DNA of 64,000 bases from Heterodontus francisci (Eukaryota): contig NC_090410.1 in NCBI RefSeq assembly GCF_036365525.1, positions 12,072,062 through 12,136,061 of the forward strand, in the 5' to 3' direction. Below the pieces are notes generated by a model that was not told where the DNA came from, did not search any database, and saw only the letters and a program-made list of their open reading frames with translations. Positions 49,830-61,850 of the stretch are shown one piece after another. How positions within the stretch are numbered: the stretch's first letter is position 1; the number at the start of each line of letters is the position of its first letter. The translations under genes and the position numbers were made by a program.

Positions 49830-50326
49830 GTGAGTATGGAGAGGGAAAGTGTGAAAGCAGAAACTTCAACTGAGACCTTGAAGGGAGTGGGGGTGCTGAG
49901 TAAATATTGGTCGAGATTCTGCTGGGTGATTTTGGGGTTAAATGTTCCAGACCCTGCCTCTGTTTGCCTGGGCTGTGTGGTTTGGATGGGGTGTATTCTC
50001 TATTGGGGCCCTAGTTCCCTGAGTGATGTTACTTGGGGTGAGGGCAGGATGCAGAGTCCTCCCACTCCAACTGGCTGTCCAGCTTGTCCAGAGAGGTGAT
50101 GTGCCCTTTCATGGTGTGTATTCCATTCTAACCAGGTCACTAACTTTCAGCTGTCTGGCTGCTAGGGACAGTGTAGGCACTGTTCAGAAACTCGGCTGGC
50201 GTGGCCAGAGGTGGAATGAGATAAAACAGTCAAAAGCCTGAGATCAAAGCTGGGGTGGGGGGTTGAGAAGGCAGGGTGGTGCCGGGCTGGCAGGGGAGAG
50301 TAGGATGAAGGACCCAGGAAACGTGA

Positions 50327-50665
<339 letters not shown>

Positions 50666-50771
50666 GGGGTCGGGAGTATTGAACTGGTCAATTCCGGCTT
50701 TGTTTTCAAAAGCTGTTATTTTTGAATTGTGCAGTAACTGGTCTGTATTAGATTTAAAAGTTCTGATGCTT

Positions 50772-50780
50772 CAGGTAAGT
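50772..50780 (+). promoter_or_regulatory. U1 snRNP binding site (5' splice-site consensus) in SNRPA 3'UTR
   Basis: CAGGTAAGT perfect consensus in the terminal exon. Confidence 0.6.
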
Positions 50781-51146
50781 GTCGGGTCAGGAGACTCCTC
50801 AGCTTTCCCCTGCCCTTCGGAGGATCGTTCACACCCAGGTAACCTTCACAGGCGCTCCAGCGACATGCTGGCCCTGTGTGATCAAGGCAAGCTTCTTGCT
50901 TTGCAGTCTGAGGGCTGTTCAGATTGTGTTGTGGATGTTGTATCCTCCCTTTGCCCCAGTCTACCCTGGGTCCCTCAAATCTAAATAATTCACTCCCCTC
51001 TTTCGAATGATATTAGGAACCGATTATGGCCTTGTCCTGACTGGATTTTAACTCTCCAGTGATATTTTAAATTTGGTATCCCCAATTTGGCTGTTTTGAG
51101 TGAATGTGTCTGGCTGAGGCAACAGTTTGGATTAATCGCACTGTAA

Positions 51147-51193
51147 GAAAGCTGTTCACCCAGAGTCTCAGTGACATTGCACCTGGAGCTTTC
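51147..51193 (+). promoter_or_regulatory. U1A polyadenylation inhibition element (PIE) RNA hairpin
   Basis: GAAAGC-TGTTCAC-CCAG-A-GTC-TCAGT-GAC-ATTGCAC-CTGG-A-GCTTTC: three stems, two 7/1 internal loops, canonical AUUGCAC box, 23 nt before AATAAA. Confidence 0.9.
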
Positions 51194-51216
51194 AAACTTA
51201 CTGAACTAACAAGAAG

Positions 51217-51222
51217 AATAAA
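51217..51222 (+). terminator. SNRPA polyadenylation signal
   Basis: AATAAA right after the PIE, followed by GT-rich downstream element (TTGTGAGTGTGTTT). Confidence 0.85.
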
Positions 51223-52724
51223 GAAACTTTTTTTATAACCACCTTGTGAGTGTGTTTATTTATCACCTGAGCTCTAGTACTTTACAAGGTTATGGAGCTT
51301 GGCCTTCAAAACACAGGACCTGCTAATGAGATGTTTCTAATGCATAGAAACAGGCCATTCGGCCCAACTTGCCCATGCTGGTGTTTATACTCCTTCATGA
51401 GCCTCCTCCCAGCCCTCTCCATCTTGCCCCATCAACATCTCCTATTCTTCCTAGTGTTTATCTGACTTTCCCTTAAAGACATCTGTTATTTTCCTCCGCT
51501 CCTCCATAGAGTTCCATATTCAAACTGCTGTCCTAGGTAAAGATTCTCCTGAATTCTCTGTTGGATTTATTAGTGACTTATGGTCCTGAGTGTTGGACTC
51601 CCCCTCTTTTTTTTTTTTCCCCCCCTCCCCACCCACAATAAGATTAGACAGAAAGCTTCCACTATCAAACCCAATCATAAGACATTTCTAAGATCATCTT
51701 AGTTTTTCTAGAGACAAGGAGCTGACACACATGGGGGCTGTACAGTTCCAGATGGGAATGAACTGATCCCTTTTACCTCCTGTGCATTATACAAGAACAA
51801 GAGCTGATGCTGACTTGGTGGTATAAACCTATTGGAACTGATCAATGGGGGGGTGGAAATGGAAATTTGCACTGCCTGCAAATTCTTGCTGAACAGTGGT
51901 ATCTTGTAATGGGGCTGAGGAGGGGCTGGCATGATGTCCCAATAAGTAAGGGAGGGCAGGAAAGAGTGAGTGGACTGTGCACACTGAAAGCTGCTGGAGT
52001 TCTGAAGTGCGGCACCAGCCCTTCACACCTCCATTTATTGAGCATGGTTTAATCAACCTGTTTCTTACAGTGTAAGATGCTCACTCCTGCCGCAGCCACT
52101 GTGAGCAGTCCTTGGAACGGTGTGTTCAGCACAACAGGGACAGAAAGTTTCCAGATTTAGATCAGCTGGTAAAAGGCACCAAGGAGTGTGGTCACAGCTG
52201 TACCTGAAAGACTTGCATCAAATAGGCTTCTGTTGCCTTTTTCTAACCCAGTTCCAAAATAAATTCTGATCCTTAGTGAGGGTTTGGAGTGTTATCCTGT
52301 GCAAGATGAGGTCTTGTTTGTGTTGACTCAGGCAATGCAAGATGGCAGGGTCCAGTTTCTTGGCTGTATTGAGTGGGTCCCACACTGCTGGTGCATGTCT
52401 CTACTGAGACTGAAGTCAACACAGGTGTGTTTAGTACATATGTTCCCTGCTTTGTTTGACGTGGTTCTGGAGAGTTAATGCTAGTAGCTGGTGCTGACTG
52501 GGAATTCGCTGAAAGGGTGGGTGGTAGAGGTACTGGAGTCATACTTTCACCTGAGAGCTGGGTTCATAAACAACATTACCTGATTTAAGGGTCCTACCTG
52601 CAATGGTGGATAGTCTCCATCTGTTCTGCAGCAGCTTTGACCAACAGCAGAAAACTGGCAATTTAACCAGTCATGGGAAAGCTGGTGTGGGAAATAGATA
52701 TCTGTTACACTGGCGTAGTAGGGA

Positions 52725-53312
52725 GAGCGGGACAGTGCAGGGAGTGCTTTTGTCTATCAAAACTACTGTACCTGCCCTAGAAGACTTTGATGGAGCAGTG
52801 TAGAAAGAGCTTTACTCTGCATCTAACCTGTTTTTTTTTTTCCCCTTTATATTCTGAGGGGAGGGAATTTCTCCCATTGGCAGAAATCATGAAGGAACAG
52901 CTTTAATAATCAGTTTGCACCATTTCTCTGGGCTTTCAATAAGTCTTCCAGTGAGGGGACCATGAGAACTGGTGCTGAAATTAGTGATACCAACACAGAG
53001 TTCAGGAGATGACAGTCCTGATCCTAGTGTGGGCACATGGCACCAATCCAGGAGTGACCTCTATCTAACACCTTTTTAAATTTTCTTTCAAAGAGGCCAG
53101 ATCTCACAAATCGCTAATGTCTGAAGGGAAGTGAAGCAGGACAGTAGGGGCACTCATGTTAGGGCATTGTAGAGGGAGCTTTACTGTGTATCTAACCCCG
53201 TTTTCTTTTTTCTCTTTGTAGAGGGTACTTTATATTTAACCCCAAGCTGTATCTGCCCTTCGAGTGTTTGATGGGGACAGTGTCGAGGGAGCTTTACTCT
53301 GTATGTAACGCT
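52725..53312 (+). repeat. Dispersed degenerate copies of a roughly 65-bp repeat unit
   Basis: GTAGAGGGAGCTTTACTCTGTATCTAACC...TGTACCTGCCCT..GAGTGTTTGATGGGACAGT blocks at about 52730-52830 and 53165-53310. Confidence 0.65.
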
Positions 53313-53761
53313 GTTTTTCCCTTTTGTTAACTTTAAGATAGTTTGTACAAAAGTTCAGACCATCTTATGCTTAGTCTTCATCCTGATTGAGCTGGTAGCT
53401 CTCTTTGCTGTTTGCAACTCTGTGAAGTCAGTCACGCAGTTTGTTCTTGCTGAGGTACTACTCAGTGAGGTATTTGCTCTGGGAATGTTTAGCACTGAAC
53501 TTAAGTTTTGAACCATTCCCAGTGCTAGTAAATCTAACAAGTAGTGTGAAAGGGACTGATGTGCTTAAGGATGTCAGGTGTGAGGGGTATTGCCAGTGTG
53601 GTTCATTCTAATACTTCCTAAAGAAGATAAAACCTTTTTTTAAAAAAATAAATAAATAAACCACTCAATATTCCAAACAAGCTTTTCAAATCAAACATCA
53701 GAATTAGAGAAATATTTTTATACCATGTTGAGAAGGTATAAACACAGCCGTGCTTAGAGTT

Positions 53762-53768
53762 TATAAAA
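53762..53768 (+). promoter_or_regulatory. Candidate TATA box of MIA
   Basis: TATAAAAGGG about 210 nt upstream of the MIA start codon. Confidence 0.5.
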
Positions 53769-53976
53769 GGGCGATTGTTCTTGTGATTTGTGCTTCAGGC
53801 CAGTTCCTGTCGGGAAGGACATTCCGCAAAGTTTTTCTGGCTTGCTACACCAATTCATTAAGCTGAGCAAACATTAAGCCGGGGCTCCTGGGAGGCCACA
53901 GACTCAGTATTTTACCCAAAGCTGTCTCTGCTCTCCCTTTCGCTGAGGGTTTAGAATTTCTGGTGGATGCAACAAA

Positions 53977-54112
53977 ATGCAGATTGGGATGTCTCTGACA
54001 GCATCGGCCTTTTGTGTGATTGTTTTCTGCGCTGGTGGTGTCCTATCCACTAGGGGCGAAGTGATGCATAAACTGGCAGACAGAAAGCTGTGCGCCGATG
54101 AAGAATGCAGCC
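53977..54112 (+). CDS. MIA: MIA (melanoma inhibitory activity / CD-RAP) exon 1 with signal peptide; alternative start at 53989
   Basis: MQIGMSLTASAFCVIVFCAGGVLSTRGEVMHKLADRKLCADEECS; donor gtgagt. Confidence 0.92.
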
Positions 54113-54946
54113 GTGAGTAATTCTCAATGCAGCTAAGCTAAACGGTATCTGCTGAACTGTGGGAGTCAGCTTAAATGAAACCTTGGGAGGTAGCAGCATT
54201 ATCGAATAAAAATCTTGTTAAGCCAAGAAATAAACAAATTGCAACAACTGGAAATATATTTTTCATTCCATGTTGCAGGAGGCCATTCGGCCCACTGTGC
54301 CTGTATTGTCTTTGAAAAATCTAGCCAATTAGCCCCACTCTCTGACCTTGTGAAATTTTCCTTTTCAAGTATTCATTTTCCTTTTGAAAGTTGCTGTTGA
54401 ATCTGCTCGTCAGGCAGTGCATTCCAGATCATAACAAACTTGCTGTGTAAAAAGGTCTCATCTACCACCCTCCCCCCAGCTCTTTTGCCAATTCTCTTAA
54501 ATCGGAGTCCTCTATTTTTCAACGTTCTTGCCAATGGGAACAGTTTCTCCTTGTAGTATGAAAACTCGTCATAATTTTGATGGTGAATAAGGTGAGACTC
54601 TTTCCAGTGGTTGGAGAATGAACAGAATTACAAAAAAAAAGCAGCTGATTTCACTTTGACAATCCTTGTTTGTTTGTGTTGATGCGGGCAGCTTTCACTC
54701 GGGGTCGTTGCTGGACATGTCAGTTCATCACTGGCTCCTGTTTCTCTGCTGAAGGTGCAATTTCGTGCCTGGCTTCACTGTTCTTGTCGTGTGGACCTAG
54801 ACACGTAATGTTGGCAGATTTAAAAGAATGGTCACAGCTAAGATCCAAACACGTGCATTGGATAAAGATCAGGACTTCTTCCCCTCAAAAGGCTGATAAA
54901 TAATACCTGGGCTACACTCTATTAAAACATTGTGTTTTCTTTGTAG

Positions 54947-55080
54947 ATCCAATTTCAATGGGCCGAGCACTGGCAGATTACACTGGTCCTGACTGCAGGT
55001 TCATCAACATCCGTCAAGGACAGATCGTTTACGTGTATGGAAAACTGAAAGGGAAGGGATGCAATTTCTGGCAAGGCACT
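54947..55080 (+). CDS. MIA: MIA exon 2 (SH3-like domain)
   Basis: HPISMGRALADYTGPDCRFINIRQGQIVYVYGKLKGKGCNFWQGT; ttgtag/gtgagt. Confidence 0.94.
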
Positions 55081-55255
55081 GTGAGTTTGTTTAGGTGTTC
55101 AGTGCTGGGACAGATTGCTGCCCCTCATTAACTTTTGGCTCTGGGACTGACTTTGGCACTTTTGGTGCCTATTGCCAGTGTCTGTCTGGTGTCTGCGCGA
55201 GACTGACCAGAGCCTGAGAGATGGGCCGGTGAAACTGACCCGTGTCTCTGTTTAG

Positions 55256-55366
55256 GTTCAAGGTGATTATTTCGGGGAACAGTCAGCAGTTCTTGGATTT
55301 TTCCCAAAATCAATTGTGAGGGAGAGCCAACATCTGGCAACAGAACTTGTGGAAATGCCAACAGTG
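55256..55366 (+). CDS. MIA: MIA exon 3
   Basis: VQGDYFGEQSAVLGFFPKSIVRESQHLATELVEMPTV; tttag/gtaagt. Confidence 0.94.
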
Positions 55367-56058
55367 GTAAGTGCACTTGACTTCTTTACACTGTTTTATC
55401 TTTATCTATTGTGTCAGCTGGCACAGCAGAGCACTCAAGATTATGTAATGCTGTTTACATAACAAAGGTGGCTTCTTCTCTCAACACCCCCTCCTGCCAG
55501 CAGTAGTTGGGAATAAGAACAGAAAATGCTGGAAACACTCAAGTCATTTAGCACCAGAGAGAACAGACAAGTTAGTGTTTGTCTGATGGGCATCTCTCCT
55601 GTGTTTCCAGTATACTCCACTATTGCCACACCCAGTGTGGGATTAGGCTATAGCATCCATGAGAACTCCAGACTTGCCTCATGTCTAGGCTGATCTGTGC
55701 TAGGGCAGCAGTAAGTGGAAAACAACTGGCCTTTAGAGAAGAAAATAAAGGCAGGAGGGGAAAATCAACCAGGATTCCAGCTCCTGATCACTGGCCAGGG
55801 ACCCCTGCTCGTAAGGATGTGCGCGCATTGGGTTTGATTGTGATAATGCCTACATTTGAATTGTCTGCTGCCTCTCCAGGGCTCGGCTCGTACATGAAGG
55901 ATGATCAATTAGGTGAGACATCGGAGGCTGACTGATGCTGACGTAAACTGCAGTGGGAGTCAATTGTCAATGGGGGTAGTCGGGGGAGGGGGAAGAATTA
56001 GTGGTCAAAAAGATGAGTTTATTACAAACTGTTTGACAATGCCCACCTGTGTTTGTAG

Positions 56059-56079
56059 GACTGGGATTTCTACTGTTAA
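56059..56079 (+). CDS. MIA: MIA exon 4
   Basis: ttgtag then DWDFYC*; total 402 nt (133 aa). Confidence 0.92.
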   Translation, partial: DWDFYC

Positions 56080-56197
56080 AGAGGAGGATCAGAGAAGAAT
56101 CGTGTTCCCGACAGCAGAAAATCAGCCTACATCATGGAGAATCTTTGCATAGAATTAGTAACGCATAGTAAATTGTATTGACTTTAACTAATACCCA

Positions 56198-56203
56198 AAT
56201 AAA
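56198..56203 (+). terminator. MIA polyadenylation signal
   Basis: AATAAA about 120 nt after the stop codon. Confidence 0.65.
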
Positions 56204-58289
56204 TAGTAATAGAACCGCTGGGCTGCTTACGTCTTTAATATTTCTCTAGTTTACACTCCATGACTGACAGGCAGAGGCATTTATAGAACACGTCAATGGG
56301 TCTCAAAGCACTTCAAATTGCTGGGAGTTTACTGACTAGTCCCACTGGAGAGGGAGTAGGAGGTACGGTCTCTCCCACATTTGCTCTTACACGCAGCAGG
56401 AATTCCGAGGGAAGTATCACTCCATGATTCCAGCAGGTGTTTTTGCTGTTGTGCTCCATCTGCAGCTTGATACTGAGAAACAGAGCCAGCTTCCTGTCAG
56501 TGAACCCATCCTAGTGCAGAGTCTTACCCTCTTAAAAGAAAATGCTGCACTTAAATAAACTACTGCAGATGTTCCAAATAGTCTCTCTACCTTGGGGTAT
56601 TTTATTGTAAACTATTGCCGCAAAGGACAATGGTGGCCTCTCCCCTCCAGACAGAGATAGTTGCAGTCAGATTGCAGCTATTTTAGGGCACTGCGGTGAT
56701 ATCTAACTTCATTGTAGTACTTACCTTCAGTCACAGGATGGCACTTGTGAGTTGTTCGCAGGAACTAGGATTTTTGGTCAAACTGTTTAGATGCCATTTA
56801 GGAACGAGGCAGTAAGAACATGGTATCTGTCTGCTTCCTTCAAGGACTCATCCTAAAATACCCAAGCCTAGAGAGCTTAAGCATAGATTGGCAAAGCAAA
56901 GGGTTAGGGTACTGCTGGAGTTTAATCAGCTATACCTATACAGCACAGAGTACAAGAATAGTTCCTGCAGTTCATCGCCACCCTATTGCTTAGGTCACTG
57001 GCCTGGAAGGTTATCTCCTCTCCTTGTGCATCATTCTGCAGCTGGCAAAGGTTCCTATTGTGATGAAGCAGCTTTGCCCATTCCTCACCCACCAGCATTT
57101 CAGTCACGGCTTCCTTTGGCTGCCTGCAATACCGATCACAATCCAAGGGGATGGGAGTGAGGGACAAAATGAATCTGTGTACCTCCAAGCACACAGCTCA
57201 ACAAGAGCCTAGGGAGAGGGGAGAAATAGGGCAATGGCCTAATGCGAAGATTGCTGTGGAAAGTTCCCTTGCCTTGCCTCTCAGATCATACCACCATAAT
57301 CTACAATATATTAAAATCGGCAAGCAAATCCCATCAACTTTTTCCACTATAAATTCCAATGCAGCTTAACAAATTAACATCTCCAAAATGTCCACTCAAA
57401 CTTTATTTGCAGAAACTGTACAAAAATTGGTAACAGTTAACACACTCAGACCCATTCTCTCTCCCCCACCCCCCCAATGCACAGAACCTCACCTCCTTTC
57501 CCAGTAACCTGAACAATTTGTTTCTACAGATCAGGAACAAAGCTACCCCAAACATTAACTTTATATTTAAAAAAAACTAAACCAGACCCAGGAGACCCCT
57601 TGCACAAAGTCAGACTGAGAATGAGGGAGGCTTCCCAATTCTGGGACTGGTGACTGTGCCAATACATACGCGAAATTATTTTTTTAATAATGTCTGACTT
57701 TTCCTGCAAATGCAAGACTCAGTCAGTGACAAAGGGAAAGCCTCTGTCCAGATTAATCAAAAGACTTGCATTTATAACAGCATTTCATTGCATCTATCAG
57801 GACCTTCTCAAAAGGGCTTCATGTACAGTGAATTATTTATGTAGAAGAAAATGGCAACCACTTTCACACAGCAAGATCCCATAATGAAATAAATCAACAA
57901 GTTGATCTGAACTTTAGCAGTGCTGATCAACTGCTGTGGGATCTTTAACATCCGCCTGGTCAGGCAATACCTCAGCTCTATAGGTCACAATCAAGGAGTC
58001 CTTCCCTTGATGCCTGTGCTGCACTATTTACAGTTCCCACAGCCTAATTAGGGCCTGAACCTCAAGTCTAAATCACACCTTGAACACGACCATGTACTGA
58101 GAAACTCTACGGCTCACAAACTAAGTCCCGCCCACTTGTCACTCCTGCTCTTGCTACAGGTCATGCCAATGCTTAAACTAAAAATTCCCATCCTGATGTT
58201 GAACCTTGCTCCTGGTCAGAAACATGTCTATTTAATTACTGTGAAATCAGTGACTTATGTTGATAATCATTACAACCATATCATGCACT

Positions 58290-58495
58290 TCAAAGTTCCA
58301 CAAAGTGCAGCGAGATGAATCAGCAGCCAACCTGGGTTTTTGTCTGGTGATGTTGATCAAAGGAAGGAAGGTTGACCACATGACTGGGAGAACTCCCCTG
58401 CTCTTCCAACAGTACACTGCTATCCTTAACATTCACCTGAGGGGACAGGCCGGGCCTCGGTTTAAATGTCTCGCCCAAAGGACAGCACTCATGAC
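58290..58495 (-). mobile_element. DeuSINE fragment (another at about 57770-57960) in the presumed CIPC-like 3'UTR
   Basis: GGGAGAACTCCCCTGCTCTTC..CACCTGAG..GGGCCTCGGTTTAA blocks in reverse. Confidence 0.65.
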
Positions 58496-59018
58496 ATTGT
58501 GGTTCTCCCCTGAAAGTTGGATCTTCTGACTGCTGAGCCATGCTAATGCACCACGAGGGAGGGGTCAAGCTGTGTTCTTGTGCACCAGTTAACACCAGGT
58601 CTGCTGCTCTGAACCAAAACCAGCACAAGTAGCATTACGAGTAACTGAGATCTCATCCCAGCAGAACTACCATGGGAACCGGTCAAACAAAAAGCGATGA
58701 CAGTTCTTCAGCCAACTCGGAACTTACAGCAAATAAATACATTTCTGTGGAGACTCAACCGCCTCTGCTAAAATAGCAAAGAGAGTAAAAACCTGTAAAA
58801 AGGAGAATTTTTTTTTTAAATCTGGAGTCTGGGAGAACCCCAGACGCACCCAGTATCCGTGGTCACTTTTGTAGGAGACAGTTACAGGCAAAAGTAGTAG
58901 AGCGTACAGTCCCTCGAGCCTGCTCCATCATTCAATAAGTTCAATTCCATTTTCCTGCCTGATCCCCACACAGCAACCTCCACCAATACAAGGCCTTTCA
59001 TTCACCAAGGTCCCCTGT

Positions 59019-59984
59019 TCAAGGCAGTGGCGCACACTCGGAAGTGGCTTCAAGCGTCTGCTTTGTGGCCGAGGTGGTGGTGGTGGAGAGGCTGCTGTCT
59101 GTCGGCATGTAACCCCCGGAGCATTTCATGGCCTCCTGCAGTCTCAGCAGGGCCCGCGAGTCACTGCTCCGCACGGCGCTGCAGAAGAGCCGGACATGCT
59201 CCTTCAGCTCATCAATTTGCTGCTGGGCGCTGCCGTTCTGTCGGATCAGGTCCTTGGTTTTCAGCGTGATCTCCAGCAGCCCTGACCGGCTCAGGATCTC
59301 CACTGTGTTGCGGAAACGCCGCTGCTTGGCAGCACTGGGGACTGCCCGCCTGGAGACTCTGGTAACTGGTCTTGTGTCGCCACCGGGTGACTGGGCGCTC
59401 GGAGCTCGGGAAAATACGGAGGGGGAGGGGGAGGAAGAAGAGCAGGAGGAGGACGACGACCAGGAGTACAAAGACTCCGAGGATTCAGACTGAGAACCAA
59501 GATTTGGAGAGAGTACCGGCGATGGGGAGACCGAAAGGTCAAACTGACTTAAGTTTGTTACTCCAAACCAGGATGGCTGCTGAGCACTCTCAGCTTGCCG
59601 ACAGTTGCCCACTGGTGCTACATGCGAGGTTTGGTCTTTTCTGGAAGTTTGCTGCAAGGGAATTCCCGCCTCGTCCAGGCACAACCGTGTGCTCTTGCTG
59701 TGATCTGCTGTCCTGTCATCCTGAGCCACACGGTACCCCATCTGAACTTGGCTGCCACTGTCGTCCCGACTTTTGTCTGGGTGAGGGGCTATCCTTGGGT
59801 AGGAGTTTAATATCGGAAGGTAGGTGGCCTTTGCCTCAGTCTTCTGGGATTTCAAAGAAGTTGCCAAAGGCTGTCGGATGAAGACCACTCGGGTCTGGCC
59901 TGCTGGTGCACCAAGCGAGTGTCGACTCCCCCAGGTCTGTAGCTGAGCGCGAACAAGCTGGCTCCTTGTTGGAACGGACAAAGG
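59019..59984 (-). CDS. CLOCK-interacting pacemaker (CIPC)-like protein, last exon
   Basis: gaacag acceptor; motifs YLPILNSYPRIAPHP and KQRRFRNTVEILSRSGLLEITLKTKDLIRQN..Q.QIDELKEH..LF..A typical of the CIPC family. Confidence 0.9.
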   Translation of the reverse strand, partial: PLSVPTRSQLVRAQLQTWGSRHSLGAPAGQTRVVFIRQPLATSLKSQKTEAKATYLPILNSYPRIAPHPDKSRDDSGSQVQMGYRVAQDDRTADHSKSTRLCLDEAGIPLQQTSRKDQTSHVAPVGNCRQAESAQQPSWFGVTNLSQFDLSVSPSPVLSPNLGSQSESSESLYSWSSSSSCSSSSPSPSVFSRAPSAQSPGGDTRPVTRVSRRAVPSAAKQRRFRNTVEILSRSGLLEITLKTKDLIRQNGSAQQQIDELKEHVRLFCSAVRSSDSRALLRLQEAMKCSGGYMPTDSSLSTTTTSATKQTLEATSECAPLP

Positions 59985-61099
59985 CTGTTCAAAACACCAA
60001 TAGGAAAAGCAGAATTAAAATCTAATGGCTTAACGGGATCGCCGCTGCTTGCGACTGTACAACTGGCCCCTGCGCATCCACTCCATGCAAGTCACCCATC
60101 TATTCAATGCGAGTGTGCAACAAGACAGAATTTAACATGAATATTGAATCAGTGCATCTAATCAACATTTGCATGGCAACTGCCAGTGAGCACCCAGTGC
60201 AAGCAGTGAACACACAGAATAACAATAGCTCGGCCAGGATTCCCAGCACTATCGGTAGTAGAGGGTTTTCTCTGGTTTAGTCCAATACAAAGTCAGAATC
60301 CTGGCTCTGGATTACAAAACTGGAACTAGGCAGAGTAGGTCTTGGCCATTTGATCTTTCACTGGCAAGTGTCTTTCTCTTGACAAAACAAATATTCTCTT
60401 TGAAATGAATGTCAATATTGCTTGAACATGCTGAGATGGTTACAACTTACCGAGGTGTTAAACCTTTCACATAACCTGAGTATTACTATTTTCACTCCCA
60501 GTGCTTTGAACAGAAAGTGGAGCTGCCCTTTAGTGAATGGGAACTATTGTCCACAACACTCATTTGCCAGCGTGCAAGCAGAGGATCCACACCATCTACC
60601 CACTCCAACTGTTTCTCATTCGCAAGGCCTTTCCTGCTCCTGTCCTGAAGGCAATCACTCCCACTGGGGTACAGTTCCATAGGGCCACATTTTAATGTGA
60701 ATCTAGACAGCAAGCTTTGGCAAACTATTCTCAATGGGGTGGCATCACAGCCTCCTCACTAGATCAAAGCACAGATGAGAGATCTCCAGTAAGAGGGCCA
60801 CTGTAATGATCAGGAACACTGGCTGATCCATCCCTCCCACTACTAGCCTTGGGCACTGAGGCCAACTCAGGCTCTCCAGAGAACAAGAGCAGTCCACATG
60901 TCATTTATTAAAACCATTTGCTCTCAAAGTGACCTCTGCACTCACCTCTAAGAGTGTATGTTAGGTGAAGCTGCAGAGTCTACCCATGTACGCCCCTTTT
61001 AGACCATGACTGCATGATGTGTCCCTACATTTTTCCTGGCCCGACCCACATCTTAAGAGGGTTTACTATAGAGGACTGTGGAGTAGGGAGGGTCTGTAC

Positions 61100-61266
61100 C
61101 TCTTTCAGAAGGACATTCTTCACAATGTAGACAGGAGTCAAGTTGGAGAGTGAGCTTTGTGCAGCAGTGGTCTTCTCCACATGATTGAAAACTGCTGGCC
61201 TCTTGCGTGAGGACTGATCCTCTGAGTCAGTCTGTTCCAGCGCACTCAGATATTCCGAGCCCGAGT
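61100..61266 (-). CDS. CIPC-like penultimate exon (upstream exon not found in window)
   Basis: tctcag/gtacag; DSGSEYLSALEQTDSED...LTPVYIVKNVLLKE resembles CIPC SECLSSAEQMESED..PMVVMKNVLVKQ. Confidence 0.88.
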
Positions 61267-61369
61267 CTGAGAACAAGGCAGAGAAAAAGTGGCACAGCTA
61301 ACAAAATGATGCAGAGACAATACAAACTAAGTAAGGATCAAATAGCTCCAAAAATCATCATGGAAACTA

Positions 61370-61850
61370 ATCTCTGCCTGCTGACCATGGAACCATACAG
61401 CCCATCATACCTGTGCCGACTCTTTGAAGGGGCAAAACAAAGTCCTACTTTCCCCACAGTCCTGCAATTCTTCCCATTCAAGTATTGATCCAACTCCCTC
61501 TTGAAAGTTACTATGGCATCTACTTCCACCACCCCTTCAGGCAGTGCACTCCAGATCACAACTTGCTGTGTAAAAGAATTTCTCCTCATCTCACCCTGAT
61601 ACTTTTGCCAATTATTTTAAGTCTGCGTCCTCTAGTTATGACCCTCCTACCAGTGGGAAGTTTCTATCAAAGCCCTTCATAATTTGGAATACCTCTATTA
61701 AATCTCCCCTTACCGTCTCTGGTCTAAAGAGAATAATTCAAGCTTCTCTAGTCTCGCCATGTAACAAGTCCCTGTGCCCTGCTAGCATTCTAATAAATCT
61801 CCTCCTGACCCTCTTCAAGGCCTCGACATCGTTCCTAAAGCATAGCTTCC
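61370..61850 (-). mobile_element. Degenerate CR1 3' end
   Basis: ORFs 61338..61589 and 61738..61944 with CR1 C-terminal motifs. Confidence 0.75.

Noticed and set aside
53977-56079. OTOR, MIA2 or MIA3 instead of MIA
   Set aside because: Short 4-exon gene with VQGDY.G and WDFYC motifs next to SNRPA fits MIA
59128-59881. Plus-strand ORFs including an acidic EEEEQEEDDD stretch
   Set aside because: Antisense shadow of the Ser-rich CIPC-like exon
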